A DNA stretch of 44,137 bases from Octopus bimaculoides (Eukaryota): positions 49,053,422 through 49,097,558 of the forward strand of contig NC_068992.1 in assembly GCF_001194135.2 (NCBI RefSeq), written 5' to 3'. The translations under genes and the position numbers were made by a program. Below are positions 1 through 12,199 of the stretch, piece after piece; within the stretch, counting starts at the first letter, position 1, and each line of letters begins with the position of its first letter. Below the pieces are notes generated by a model. That model saw only the letters and a list, made by a program, of their open reading frames with translations. It searched no databases and was not told the origin of the DNA.

Positions 1-62
1 TATATATATATATATGTATGTATGTATATATATACATATATATGTATGTATATATATATATA

Positions 63-108
<46 letters not shown>

Positions 109-873
109 CAAATATGTCTGTGAATGTTTGTGTGTGCGCGTGCATGTGTGTGTGTGTGCGCGCGCGCGTGTCTATGCGTATATGCGTATTTAAGACTTTT
201 TTACTTACGCAATATTTTCTTATTTTTCTTCAGCAAAACATTTCACATCCTATATCTCTACTCACTCAACACTTTCATCCTCTCTCTCTCTCTCATTCTT
301 TCCGTCTCCCTCTCTCTCTCTCATTCTCTCTCTCTCTCATTCTCTCTCTCTCTCCCCACCACTTTCTTCAGTCTTTCCTTGTTTACCACCTCTGTTGTTT
401 AGTCAATAATTAATTAATTGAACATCTCTCATTAAACTTGCTTGTTTCACTGTTTATACATGCACACATGCATGCACACACACACACACACACACACACA
501 TTTATATACATACACATGCACAATACATCAATACTCATATATATACATGCATGTAGATTTATGTACAAAATTGTATATTTTGTCAATATCTTTACCACTT
601 TTTGTTTATTTAGTTTTCAAATTTATATATTTATTTATTTATTCATTTAAGAAAGCCTCGTTAACAAATCTTACTTATTTTCTTCGAGAAGCCATTAAGT
701 TTATTGTTAACGAGTGTCATACTTGAATAACGAGGTAAAAACATTTAATCAATATAAACCATATTAACAGAAGATGCACAGGTAGGAATGGTGTATCCAT
801 ATACTCTGCATTATAGGTATTTTATTGTACTTTATTATTGCTGGGTGTATATATGCATCTATATATGTGTACA

Positions 874-920
<47 letters not shown>

Positions 921-1212
921 TTATATATCTATATATACTTATATATCTATATATACACACACACATATATATATATATATACTTATATATCTATATATAC
1001 ACACACACATATATATATATATACTTATATATATATATACACACACACAAACATACACACGTATTCATGCATGTGTTAGCATATATATACATGTATGCAT
1101 GTATATAACATTTATATATGTATATATACACATATACATATATATGTACATATATATGTACATATATATATATATGTGTGTGTTTGTGTGTACATATATG
1201 TGTATGTATATG

Positions 1213-1254
<42 letters not shown>

Positions 1255-1400
1255 CACATATATAAATAATTCAGTGTATAATTATGCACATTATATTTAC
1301 ATACATGTATGTTCATATATATACATATATATTATATTTGTGTGTATGTATAAATATATATGTATAAATATATGTATATATACATATATGTATCCATATA
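1..1400. repeat. Compound (TA)n/(TG)n/(CA)n/(CT)n microsatellite region; similar blocks at about 7800-8670, 11700-12075, 24780-25260, 28330-28860
   Basis: Visible directly; produces the IYIY/CVCV/HTHT pseudo-ORFs. Confidence 0.95.
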
Positions 1401-1435
1401 CATGATTACCACCAGACAGTTAATCAAATTATGCC

Positions 1436-1660
1436 GGAAGGTGTCATACCCAATGACTGGCAAAGCAGTGTCATCATAAACTGCTACGATAGCGAGGAAT
1501 CAGGCAACTGGATCAGATTATGAAGGCCACTGTTTGGGCTGTAGCACAATTTATCCATAAACAAAGTAGACCTAAATGAGAAGCAGTTTAGCTTTCTCCC
1601 TAGAAAAGGTTTTATGGATGCAATCTTCCTAGAAATGTTTGGCTAAGTGTAAACTACTAT
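1436..1660 (+). mobile_element. Decayed RTE-clade LINE reverse-transcriptase fragment
   Basis: Frameshifted translation EGVIPNDWQSSVIINCY...QLDQIMKATVWAVAQFI / NKVDLNEKQFSFLPRKGFMDAIFL matches the RTE RT N-terminal subdomains (IP.DW...IV..YK; QFGF.PG.ST.DAIF). Confidence 0.8.
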
Positions 1661-1705
1661 TACCAGCATTGGGAGTTACATGTTTGGATCAAAGCAATTT
1701 GATTC

Positions 1706-1764
1706 AAGTTCGTTGGTACTCTTGAGTTTCAAGTACAATTCTAGTCATCAGCCATTTTGAATTT
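1706..1764 (-). ncRNA. Type I hammerhead ribozyme motif (left arm; stem II decayed)
   Basis: Minus: UGG CUGAUGA [CUAGAAUUGUACUU] GAA ACUC-AA-GAGU A^CCA. Core intact, stem III 4 bp, GUA triplet, stem I UGG/CCA plus 5 of 6 distal pairs. Confidence 0.55.
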
Positions 1765-1911
1765 CCTGTCCTCCACATGGTCAATTTCCAGTTTGCCATG
1801 CAGTATTTTCCAACTAACTGTTACCAATATATCAACAACAAACCATGACACCACATGACCTTCCTCGACCAATCACAGCCAACCTTACGGTAAAAACAAT
1901 CAACTTCTGCC

Positions 1912-1981
1912 ATTCAAATTCAAAATGGCTGACGACGACTAGCATTGCCCTTGAAACTCAAGAGTACCAACAAATTTGAAT
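1912..1981 (+). ncRNA. Type I hammerhead ribozyme motif (right arm; stem II weak)
   Basis: AUUCAAAUU-CAAAA-UGG CUGACGA(1929-35) [17 nt] GAA ACUC-AA-GAGU A(1966)^CCA-ACA-AAUUUGAAU: stem I is 3 bp, a 5x3 internal loop, then 9 perfect bp. Confidence 0.65.
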
Positions 1982-2012
1982 CAAACTGATTTGATCCATA
2001 CATTCATATATA

Positions 2013-2229
2013 CTCTCTTACTTGTTTCAGCTATTTGACTGTGGCCATGCTGGAGCACCGCCTTTAGTCGAGCAAATCGACCTCAGGACTTATTCTTTGT
2101 AAGCCTAGTACTTATTCTATCGGTCTCTTTTGCCGAACCGCTAAGTTACGGGGACTTAAACACACCAGTATCGGTTGTCAAGCGATGTTTGGGGGACAAA
2201 CACAGACATACAAACATATACACAAACAT

Positions 2230-2310
<81 letters not shown>

Positions 2311-2460
2311 TACGACGGGCTTCTTTCAGTTTCCGTCTACCAAATCCACTCACAAGGCTTTGGTCGGCCCGAGGCTATAGTAGAAGACACTTGCCCAAGA
2401 TGCCATGCAGTGGGACTGAACACCGAACCATGTGGCTGGTAAGCAAGCTAAGCGATCACC
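2013..2460 (-). mobile_element. Full-length tRNA-derived CORE-like SINE (family C) with an expanded internal (TA)n
   Basis: Head and CORE-like ...cttgggcaagtgtcttctactatagcctcgggccgaccaaagccttgtgagtggatttgg, then (TA)n at about 2237-2311, then the 3' body; the same family recurs about 10 times in the window. Confidence 0.85.
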
Positions 2461-2519
2461 GTGCAATGACTAAAGAAAATAATCTAATAAAGGAGCATAT
2501 AAGCTCTTGACAGAAAAAA

Positions 2520-2600
2520 GTGCCTGTCCTGTATGCATGGGACTTGAACCCACTGCTCTTTGTTTCCATAACAAGCATATACACCCCAATGTTAGACTAT
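2520..2600 (-). mobile_element. Degenerate tRNA-like head (SINE relic or tRNA pseudogene)
   Basis: B-box-like GGGTTCAAGTCCC (2551-2539) with an A-box-like tagtctaacattgg upstream; no complete cloverleaf. Confidence 0.35.
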
Positions 2601-3512
2601 CTTGTTTAGTTATTGCATGGTGATCACTTATAAGCTTTAATCTTATAAAATATTATTATTTACAGAATTTTAAAAATCGACACTGCTTACCAAAAGCCAT
2701 GACAGATATGTGTGTGTATGTGTGTAAAACTGTGGTAAATTTCAAATTGAGACATAAATAATGTGTGTCTGTCTGTGTGTGAGTGTGTGTGTGTATGTGT
2801 GTGTCTATTTACATGTAGTAGGATGTTTAACTGCTTTTAACTAACCAAAGTTTAAAACCAAACAGTGCACCATTTCTGCCTTTCATCTAACAGTGATCAA
2901 TAAAATAAAATATATGAACGTCACTATTAATTGTTTTTATTATCTAATATATAAATGTTGTGGCTAAAAGTACTGACATTGTGACCAAACACAATGAGGA
3001 TATGTCACAAGGACAGCTGTGCACTTGTATCATTTAAGTGCATTGGACGTATTTTGTCTTAATTTGCATATGTGCATTGTTATTTCTGCATTGTTTGATA
3101 CTGAAGGTGCAGTATTGGTTGCGAGCTTTCAACTGGCCTATTGATTCCTTCTTTGATCGTGTCTTTATGTGTAATTCTGTCTGTGAATATATTACTTTAT
3201 TTGTGTATGGGGGTGTAGAAGTGGATGTCTGTGTGTCTTCTTACGTGTGTCTGACTGTCTGGTTGCCTGCCTGCCTCTTTGTTTCTGTATGCCTTCATGC
3301 GATTGTGTCTATGTGCATCAGTATGTGTGTGTGTGTGTGTGTGTGTCGTATATGTCTATGAATATCTAGTTTGACATTAATGATGGTGATGGTGGTGGTG
3401 GTGGTGGTGGTGGGACTGTGAAAAGGCTGATGGAGATGATAGTAGCAGTAATGATATCATTGACGGTGGTGATGGTGTTCATGACAATGGTTACGATAGA
3501 TGTGAAGCTGTT

Positions 3513-4128
3513 NNNNNNNNNNNNNNNNNNNNNNNNNNNNNNNNNNNNNNNNNNNNNNNNNNNNNNNNNNNNNNNNNNNNNNNNNNNNNNNNNNNNNNNN
3601 NNNNNNNNNNNNNNNNNNNNNNNNNNNNNNNNNNNNNNNNNNNNNNNNNNNNNNNNNNNNNNNNNNNNNNNNNNNNNNNNNNNNNNNNNNNNNNNNNNNN
3701 NNNNNNNNNNNNNNNNNNNNNNNNNNNNNNNNNNNNNNNNNNNNNNNNNNNNNNNNNNNNNNNNNNNNNNNNNNNNNNNNNNNNNNNNNNNNNNNNNNNN
3801 NNNNNNNNNNNNNNNNNNNNNNNNNNNNNNNNNNNNNNNNNNNNNNNNNNNNNNNNNNNNNNNNNNNNNNNNNNNNNNNNNNNNNNNNNNNNNNNNNNNN
3901 NNNNNNNNNNNNNNNNNNNNNNNNNNNNNNNNNNNNNNNNNNNNNNNNNNNNNNNNNNNNNNNNNNNNNNNNNNNNNNNNNNNNNNNNNNNNNNNNNNNN
4001 NNNNNNNNNNNNNNNNNNNNNNNNNNNNNNNNNNNNNNNNNNNNNNNNNNNNNNNNNNNNNNNNNNNNNNNNNNNNNNNNNNNNNNNNNNNNNNNNNNNN
4101 NNNNNNNNNNNNNNNNNNNNNNNNNNNA
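3513..4128. other. Assembly gap; others at 5036-5278, 8674-9338, 10711-10720, 11357-11366, 20299-21009, 24267-24446, 30876-30993
   Basis: Runs of N, several adjoining microsatellites. Confidence 1.
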
Positions 4129-5410
4129 ATAGTGTTATTTAAAGAAGTATGTTAATGATGTTGGAGTTGGTGGTGGTGGTCGTCGTCGTTGTCGTTGTCG
4201 TCGTCGTCGTTGTCGTCGTCGTGGTGGTGGTGGTGGTGGTTGTGGTGGTGGTGGTGCTGCTACTGCTGCTACCGCTGCTGGTTTCATCATCGTCATCATG
4301 GCGGTGGCAGTAATCATTGTGGCCATAGTCGTCATCACCGTGGTGGTTGAGTAACGACACTTAAAGTATTAACACATATAGTATTGGTTGTAGTTGAGCA
4401 ATGGTACTTTCAGGGTTATGAAGATGTTTATAGTTATGTAACAGTATCAGGGGTGTTATATGCCTGAGAAAATCTGGAGTGATGTAGTAGTGTCTGGAGT
4501 GGTGTGATGATTTATGTAGTTGTGTAGTAGTATTCTTAATGGTATTATGTCCCCTATAATTGTGTGGTGGTACCTATACTTGCATGGTAGTGTCTATAGT
4601 TAAATGGTAGTGCCTACAGTTGTGTATAGTATAAATTTTTAAGGCCTGCAACCACCCAACTATTTTTATTGATTGCAGATAATAATAACAATAATAATAT
4701 CTATATGAATATTCACTTCTGAATATTTACTCTTTATTGGTATAGTTACACTGAAACTATTCTGATTTCGGCGCAAAATATTTCACAACGCTGACAGACT
4801 TCAATGTGACGAGTTGAAATCTTTTTGTTTGGTAAAACTTGCTGATGAAGGTTAAGACTTTTCACCAGAACTAAAAATCATGACTCAAGTGTATCCAAAT
4901 ACCAGAATATATAGCACTGAGCTGTCTTGGTATGTTAAAATTCTTTAACCCATTCGCCCAACTACTGTTGTTTTTCTCGTTAATTTTTCAGTGTTATTAG
5001 TGGTTTAACTTGAGGTTTTAACTCCTCTTTCTTGCNNNNNNNNNNNNNNNNNNNNNNNNNNNNNNNNNNNNNNNNNNNNNNNNNNNNNNNNNNNNNNNNN
5101 NNNNNNNNNNNNNNNNNNNNNNNNNNNNNNNNNNNNNNNNNNNNNNNNNNNNNNNNNNNNNNNNNNNNNNNNNNNNNNNNNNNNNNNNNNNNNNNNNNNN
5201 NNNNNNNNNNNNNNNNNNNNNNNNNNNNNNNNNNNNNNNNNNNNNNNNNNNNNNNNNNNNNNNNNNNNNNNNNNNNNNGGCCTTGTTTGTATGGTTGGAT
5301 AACCTTCCTGATGCCAACTACTTTACAATGTCTACTGGGTACTTTTCTCATGACACTGGTACCAGTGAGATCATCAAGTAACTTGCAAGACAAAGCCTCT
5401 TGACAGAGTT

Positions 5411-5725
5411 CTTTTCTTCTTTTCATCGCCCTTTCAAAGCCTAGCCAGGCTCATAAGCCCAGTTTCCCGGTTTCTATGGCATATGTGTTCCCCCCAGCAG
5501 GACGGGACACCAGTCCATCGCAGCGTTACTCAAAAAACAGGAAGAAAGAATGAGAGAAAGTTGGGGTGAAAGAGTACAACAGAGGTCGGCACCACCCCCT
5601 GCCAGAGCCTCATGGAGCTTAGGTGTTTTCGCTCAATAAACACTCACAACGGCCGGTCTGCGAATCGAAACCGCGATCCTCCGACCGTGAGTCCGCTGCC
5701 CTAACCATTGGGCCATTGCACCTCC
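5411..5725 (-). mobile_element. tRNA-derived SINE (family T) with a 13-15 bp target-site duplication
   Basis: Head ggaggtgcaatggcccaatggttagggcagcggactc...ggtttcgattcgc (A and B boxes); flanked by the direct repeat cctcttgacagagtt at 5396-5410 and 5724-5738. Confidence 0.9.
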
Positions 5726-6032
5726 TCTTGACAGAGTTATGATACATTATTAATTGAAGTGTGATAGTGTAACAGTTGTCATACTGAAGAGGAGATACAT
5801 TGCTACATCAGCTGGAAAGGGAGAAAGAAGGGTGGAGCCGACATGTTAGGTTATATCTTCAATGTACAAGAAGGTGGATAAAGAGAGAATAAAGACAGAC
5901 AATCAATGAAGGCAGGGTAGGTAGAATCATGAGAGTATGAAAGGAGGGTGACAGAGAGCTAAGGCTGTAGATAGAAGTAAATACAGAGAATGATGAACAT
6001 GGTTGGAGTATATGTCTATATATAATCTCCCT

Positions 6033-6071
<39 letters not shown>

Positions 6072-6789
6072 ATACAGATATATACATATATGTATATATA
6101 AACGTGTGTGTATGTATTTACATGTTTCTGTGTGTATGTGTGTGCACATGTGTCTGTGTGTTTGTATGTCTGTGTGTGTTTGTATGTATATAGAATTATC
6201 ATCATCATCATTTCTCGTCTACTTTTCTCAAAACCAAATTAGTTGACATCAATAAAATGTACAAATCAGAATGTGAAATTATTGACATGAAATCATTAAA
6301 AAGGAACATCGCAAGATTATGTCTGACGTAAATATATTTCAGTCAAAAGAAACACAAATAATCTACTTTTTATGAGGATTCTGAAAAATCAGCAGCATTC
6401 GTTACTGGTTGGTTGGTTGGAGGAGGGGACTGGATGTTTTGATTGTTTTGGGTTTTGTTGCTTTTTTATTATTTCAGTTGCTTTAATGCTTAGTTTTTGA
6501 GGGCCACATGACAATTAATTAGAAACAAAGCAACAAATGAAGGGAAGGGTAGTTGGTTGGCTGCTTGCTTGCTTGCTCAGTTTGGTAGGCTTGTAGGCCT
6601 GTTGGTAGTCATCATTAAATATTGATTAATTCCAATATGAAAAGAATGGTTAAAAGAGGTTAAAGATTTTAACATATTCACAACAAAGTTTGTACTTTAT
6701 TTCCCCAAATTGTGGTTTGTTTGTTGGTTCGTTGTAGAGTTTTTATTTTTGCTATAAAAAGCAAAAATAATAAAAACGAATTATTACCA

Positions 6790-6965
6790 TTACTATTATT
6801 GTTATTGTATTTCAAATTCTACCAAGGTCAACTTTGCTTTCATCCTTTTGGAGGTCAATAAATTAAGTACCAGTTATACACTGGGGTTGATGTAATTGAC
6901 TTATCCCCTCCCCCAAAATGGCTGCCATTGTGGCAAAATTTGAAACCATTATTATTATTATTATT
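6790..6965 (+). mobile_element. 5'-truncated Meta-domain-like SINE (family M) with (TTA)n tail
   Basis: aaggtcaactttgctttcatcctttt...aataaattaagtaccagtt resembles the MetaSINE/Sauria-SINE central domain (from memory); other copies occur in the window. Confidence 0.75.
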
Positions 6966-7199
6966 GTTGTTGTTGTTGTTGTACAGCAGTACAAGGTGGT
7001 CCAGGTATTATTATAAACTTGCAGAAGACAGAGCTAGGAAGAAATGGGGAAAAGTGGCAAATGCTAATCTCAACATTGTGAATCACATGAAAATGCTGAG
7101 AAACTGTCTTGAACCAGTGGCAAGAACGGTTTAGTGAAAAAGACACATCCAACCTATAGAAGCATAGAAAAAGGGTACAAGTTATGACAATGATGATGT

Positions 7200-7510
7200 G
7201 CTGGTGCCACATTAGAAAATCATTCGAGCGAGGTCATTGCCAGTGCCGCTGGACTGGCTCCCGTGCAGGTGGCACATAAAAGACACCTTTTGAGCATGGC
7301 CGTTGCCAGTACTGTGAGACTGGCCTTCGTGCCGATGGCACGTAAAAGCACCCACTACACTCTCGGAGTGGTTGGCGTTAGGAAGGGCATCCAGCCGTAG
7401 AAACTCTGCCAGATCAGATTGAAGCCTGGTGCAGCCTTCTGGTTTGCCAATCCTCAGTCAAATTGTCCAACCCATGCTAGCACAATGATGATGATGATGA
7501 TGATGACAAT
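7200..7510 (+). mobile_element. RTE-tail-type retroposon (family R) with internal about 62-65-bp repeats and (GAT)n tail
   Basis: ...gtggttggcgttaggaagggcatccagc.gtagaaac...ccaacccatgctagca...(gat)n, shared by more than 15 copies in the window. Confidence 0.85.
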
Positions 7511-7548
7511 GATTATGACAAGGTGATAAAGATATATATATAGTCACA

Positions 7549-7579
<31 letters not shown>

Positions 7580-8063
7580 CATCAATCTATCTCCTTTCTA
7601 ATGATTCTTTGTCCAAACTTGCAGATATGAAATATAACTTCACTGTTGACGAACTAAATGAAAATATGATCGAATGCAAAAAAAAAAAAAGCTCAACACA
7701 AAAGAAGAAACCATAAAACCAATATTTAAATGAATGAGAGAATAATAGTTTCATTCATTGGAGAAGTGAAGTGGATCTCTAATTAGTAACAGTTTAGTGT
7801 TGATTGAACTATTGTGTTATATAGTGAGGACACAGAAAATATATATATATGCTTATATGTATATATACATATATGTATATAATTATGTTTGTATATATGC
7901 ATGTGTGTGTGTGTAAACATATACATATATGTGAACATATAAATATATGTAGGAAAGCATGAATACTTATATATATATATATATATGAATGTATGTATAT
8001 GTGTGTATGTGTGTGTATGTGTATATTTATATATGAATGTATATATATGTGTGTATGTGTGTG

Positions 8064-8123
<60 letters not shown>

Positions 8124-8184
8124 TATACACACATATATACATATATACATATTATAAATATGTATATAATTTTATATATATATC

Positions 8185-8224
<40 letters not shown>

Positions 8225-8568
8225 CAGAAACACACAGACACATACATATAAACATATACATACATTTAGAAAGAGGGAGTTACAGATACATTTACATATT
8301 TGCATAGACAAACAGACAGACAGATGGGCAGACAAATAGACAGACAGACAGGCAGACAGGCAAGCAGACAAACAGAAAAATACACATATTCTCATACCTA
8401 CTAAAATATGCACTTTCATAAATAGACTCACGCATGCCAATATACATCTACCTGCATATAGATACGGAATCAAGAATGCATACAGCCACACAAATACACC
8501 TAAAACTATACATGCAAATCAATACATACATCCATATATATGTGTGTGTGTGTGTCTGTATGTATATA

Positions 8569-8607
<39 letters not shown>

Positions 8608-9565
8608 GCATATATATATATATATCTATATATATATGCATATATATATACATATACACACACACACACACACNNNNNNNNNNNNNNNNNNNNNNNNNNN
8701 NNNNNNNNNNNNNNNNNNNNNNNNNNNNNNNNNNNNNNNNNNNNNNNNNNNNNNNNNNNNNNNNNNNNNNNNNNNNNNNNNNNNNNNNNNNNNNNNNNNN
8801 NNNNNNNNNNNNNNNNNNNNNNNNNNNNNNNNNNNNNNNNNNNNNNNNNNNNNNNNNNNNNNNNNNNNNNNNNNNNNNNNNNNNNNNNNNNNNNNNNNNN
8901 NNNNNNNNNNNNNNNNNNNNNNNNNNNNNNNNNNNNNNNNNNNNNNNNNNNNNNNNNNNNNNNNNNNNNNNNNNNNNNNNNNNNNNNNNNNNNNNNNNNN
9001 NNNNNNNNNNNNNNNNNNNNNNNNNNNNNNNNNNNNNNNNNNNNNNNNNNNNNNNNNNNNNNNNNNNNNNNNNNNNNNNNNNNNNNNNNNNNNNNNNNNN
9101 NNNNNNNNNNNNNNNNNNNNNNNNNNNNNNNNNNNNNNNNNNNNNNNNNNNNNNNNNNNNNNNNNNNNNNNNNNNNNNNNNNNNNNNNNNNNNNNNNNNN
9201 NNNNNNNNNNNNNNNNNNNNNNNNNNNNNNNNNNNNNNNNNNNNNNNNNNNNNNNNNNNNNNNNNNNNNNNNNNNNNNNNNNNNNNNNNNNNNNNNNNNN
9301 NNNNNNNNNNNNNNNNNNNNNNNNNNNNNNNNNNNNNNAAATAAATTTACTCTTTAATATTTCAAGATAATTTTTATATAATTTTGGTAAATATATCTAT
9401 TAAAATGAGATGTCAGTATTATTTTCATTTTTGCGTAATTTAGACAACAGTTTATTCACCGCACCTTGTACATAAATATATATATATATATATATATAAT
9501 CATCATCATCATCATCATCATCATTTAACATCCATTTGTTTTCCAAGCTGGCATGAATAGAACGT

Positions 9566-9597
<32 letters not shown>

Positions 9598-9699
9598 GTT
9601 CAAATGTACAGAAAACAAAATACAGTCAGAGGTGAGGAAACAACAAGCAGGTGTATTAGCTTGATACTCTGGAAAAGTGTACGATGTTTCAAGCCTCAA

Positions 9700-10270
9700 A
9701 CTGACAGTTAGACATTTACTTACAAAACCAAGTATTCCAATTATTATTGGTATAAATGTAAATTTGTAATCTGGATACAGAAGCAGGAGATTTTGAAGCA
9801 GTTATCTTCTTTCTGAGATGTAATATTTATCACCACCTACATACTGCATTCCTCTCTGATAGAGATTTTCATAACAAGCTAGTTTATCTTCTTTCTTTGA
9901 TTTTCAAAGCAATATTCACATCAGCAGGACAGCTGACCTCTGTAACAGTACATGCTTTTTATTGGGTGTCCCAAACAACAATATCTATCCTGTTATGTTT
10001 ACACTTGACAGATGTTTTGATGGGAATGTTCCACCAGTATTCCTTGTGCTAGTATTTATGTACGTATTCAATAATGGTAGAATTCTCTATATTTATTTCA
10101 GAACAGTCTTTTTTCTGAATGGCATTGTATATTGTTTTAACAACAGCATCATGTCACATAGGAAGGTAGAATCTTGATGACATTTTGAGGCAGTTGTTAA
10201 CCACATGTGTGATGTCTTCCACAGAAATATAACATAATCTACATTTTCAGTTGTATCTTGGAACTCCAAG
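9700..10270 (-). mobile_element. Decayed RLE-type non-LTR retrotransposon (R4/Dong-like): zinc knuckle plus restriction-like endonuclease
   Basis: Minus translation KCRLCYISVEDITHVVNNC (CX2CX8HX4C)...*HD (RHD motif)...EYWWNIPIKTSVKCKHNRIDIVVWDTQ*KACTVTEVSCPAD; several stops. Confidence 0.85.
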
Positions 10271-10636
10271 AGCTTCACTGTCTCTTTTGCTAATTAGGTA
10301 TTTAGCAGGGGTGTATATTCCTGGGTGCGCTAGGTGTGTGCTGTGCACCCATCAAAAATGGCAAATTCATTATAATTATTAACCTTTCTCATTAATTTAA
10401 CCACAAATCATAATGGAAAACTTTTGTTATATCCCTGTCTGTAATTTAGTGGCAGGTGTCCTGAAATAACACTGCACACCTCACAGCACATTGTATCATA
10501 ATATGGTACCAGGCATATCCTAGGATAATGGGAGAATGAGAAAAAATTAATGGCAAAGGGTGTACAACAGCTTTAGCATGGTCACATGTTTGTTTTTGTA
10601 GTGAGAAGTTGTACATTTAAGAAAAATAAATAAATG

Positions 10637-10932
10637 TGCCCTTTTAAAGCCTAGACAGGCTCATGGGCCTGGTTTCCCGGTTTCAATGGCGTATGTGTTC
10701 CCCAGCTGGANNNNNNNNNNGGTTTCCCGGTTTCAATGGCGTATGTGTTCCCCAGCTGGACGGGACGCCAGTCCATCGCAGCATTACTCATTTTTGCCAG
10801 CTGAGTGGACTGTAACAACGTGAAATGAAGTGTTTTGCTCAAGAACACAGCACGTCACTCGGTCCAGGAATCGAAACCACACTCTTACGATCATGATGCT
10901 GACACCCTAACCACTAAGCCACACGCCTCCAC
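10637..10932 (-). mobile_element. tRNA-derived CORE-like SINE sharing its 3' tail with the 5411-5725 element
   Basis: Head gtggaggcgtgtggcttagtggttagggtgtc...ggtttcgattcc; CORE-like gtgttcttgagcaaaacactt; tail gctgcgatggactggcgtcccgtccagctggggaacac...gagcctgtctag. Confidence 0.85.
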
Positions 10933-11313
10933 TAAAATTACAAAGGCATGACATCTGCACCTCTACAGGATGTACAGTGCCCTACTGTCTCTTTTCTCTT
11001 TCACATGATTCTCCAAAACATTTTTTTTAAGTCCCTTCCTTTCAGATGCCTACACTGTGTTGAACTCCTCAGCTTTATTGTCACTTTTCATAACTTTCCT
11101 CCATCTCCTCTGCCACCACCATCACCACCACCACCACCACCACCATCATCATCATCATCTTCTTTTTCTTCTTCTTCTTCTTCTTCTTCTTCTTCTCCAT
11201 CTCCTTGTCCTCCTCTTCCTCTGCCTCTCTCTGATTTCATACTTTTATAACACCTTCCTGGTACTTATTTCAATCACTGAATTCAAACCAATCAATTACT
11301 ACACACATGAACA

Positions 11314-11356
<43 letters not shown>

Positions 11357-11366
11357 NNNNNNNNNN

Positions 11367-11400
<34 letters not shown>

Positions 11401-11800
11401 CACACACACGTGCACAGAGAGAGAGGGAGAGAGAGAGAGAGAGGCATATTCACAATACCATATTCACATACAGATCACCTGTGTACACGGAAAACACATT
11501 ACATGGTTTGAATTCATTGAAAGAGATAGATATTACAAAGATGTTATAAGAATATGAAGCCAGAGAGAGGGGAAGAGGAGGAGGAGAAGAAAAAGAAGAA
11601 GAAGAAGAAGTGGCGATGGTAGCAGTGGTGGCAGATGTGGTGCCAGTGATGGAGGAGGAGGAAGAAAGGTATGAAAAGTGACAGCAAAAGAGAGGACTAT
11701 AGAAAGACCAAGATTATGTATGTTTATGTATGTGTATATATATATATATATACATATGTATATACATATACATAGAAACATATGTATATATATATATATG

Positions 11801-11846
<46 letters not shown>

Positions 11847-12012
11847 CATTAAATGATGATGATGGTGACATATATATTGATATAGCTATATATGCATATA
11901 TACATACATATATATACATGTGTATATATATATATGTGTACATATAGATACGTACATACATATATATGTATGTACCTCTCTGTGTGTGTGCCTGCGTGCA
12001 TGTGCCTCTGTA

Positions 12013-12075
<63 letters not shown>

Positions 12076-12199
12076 ACAGAGTGAAAGAGACAGGCAGAGA
12101 AAGAGATGCTAGTAAGTAAGATCTAAGCAAATAATGATGAACTCTATATTTTGCGAGTAGAGTATTTGGTATTTATTTATAGGAAACTTTACAAATTCA

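Larger units (their letters stand above)
1680..2003. mobile_element. About 324-bp fold-back element with about 85-bp inverted arms, each carrying a hammerhead motif (Penelope-like pLTR derivative or MITE-like)
   Basis: 1680-1764 (atgtttggatcaaagcaatttgattcaagttcgttggtactcttgagtttcaag...cagccattttgaattt) is the near reverse complement of 1916-2003; about 150-bp core; no clear TSD. Confidence 0.75.

Noticed and set aside
656-713. 11-bp inverted repeat ctcgttaacaa/ttgttaacgag
   Set aside because: Short, with no TSD or further structure; not enough to call an element.
18-1405. Many ORFs of 60-170 aa rich in IY/CV/HT (also at 7.8-8.7 kb, 11.5-12.1 kb, 24.7-25.4 kb, 28.3-29.3 kb)
   Set aside because: Translations of dinucleotide microsatellites that lack stops by construction; no splice or domain evidence.
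3418-4155. Long X-containing ORFs (also 4980-5426, 8434-9370, 20193-21038, 24135-24597, 30752-31089)
   Set aside because: Open only because of N-gaps.
4843-4880. CTGATGA followed by the hairpin AGGT-TAAG-ACTT
   Set aside because: No GAAA or stem III follows; not a hammerhead.
10288-10345. caggggtgtatattcc... resembling a hAT-type terminus
   Set aside because: No matching right end or TSD found in the window.
10671-10760. Exact 40-bp tandem duplication flanking a 10-N gap
   Set aside because: Identical sequence on both sides of a nominal 10-N spacer is typical of unmerged overlapping contig ends; likely an assembly artefact.
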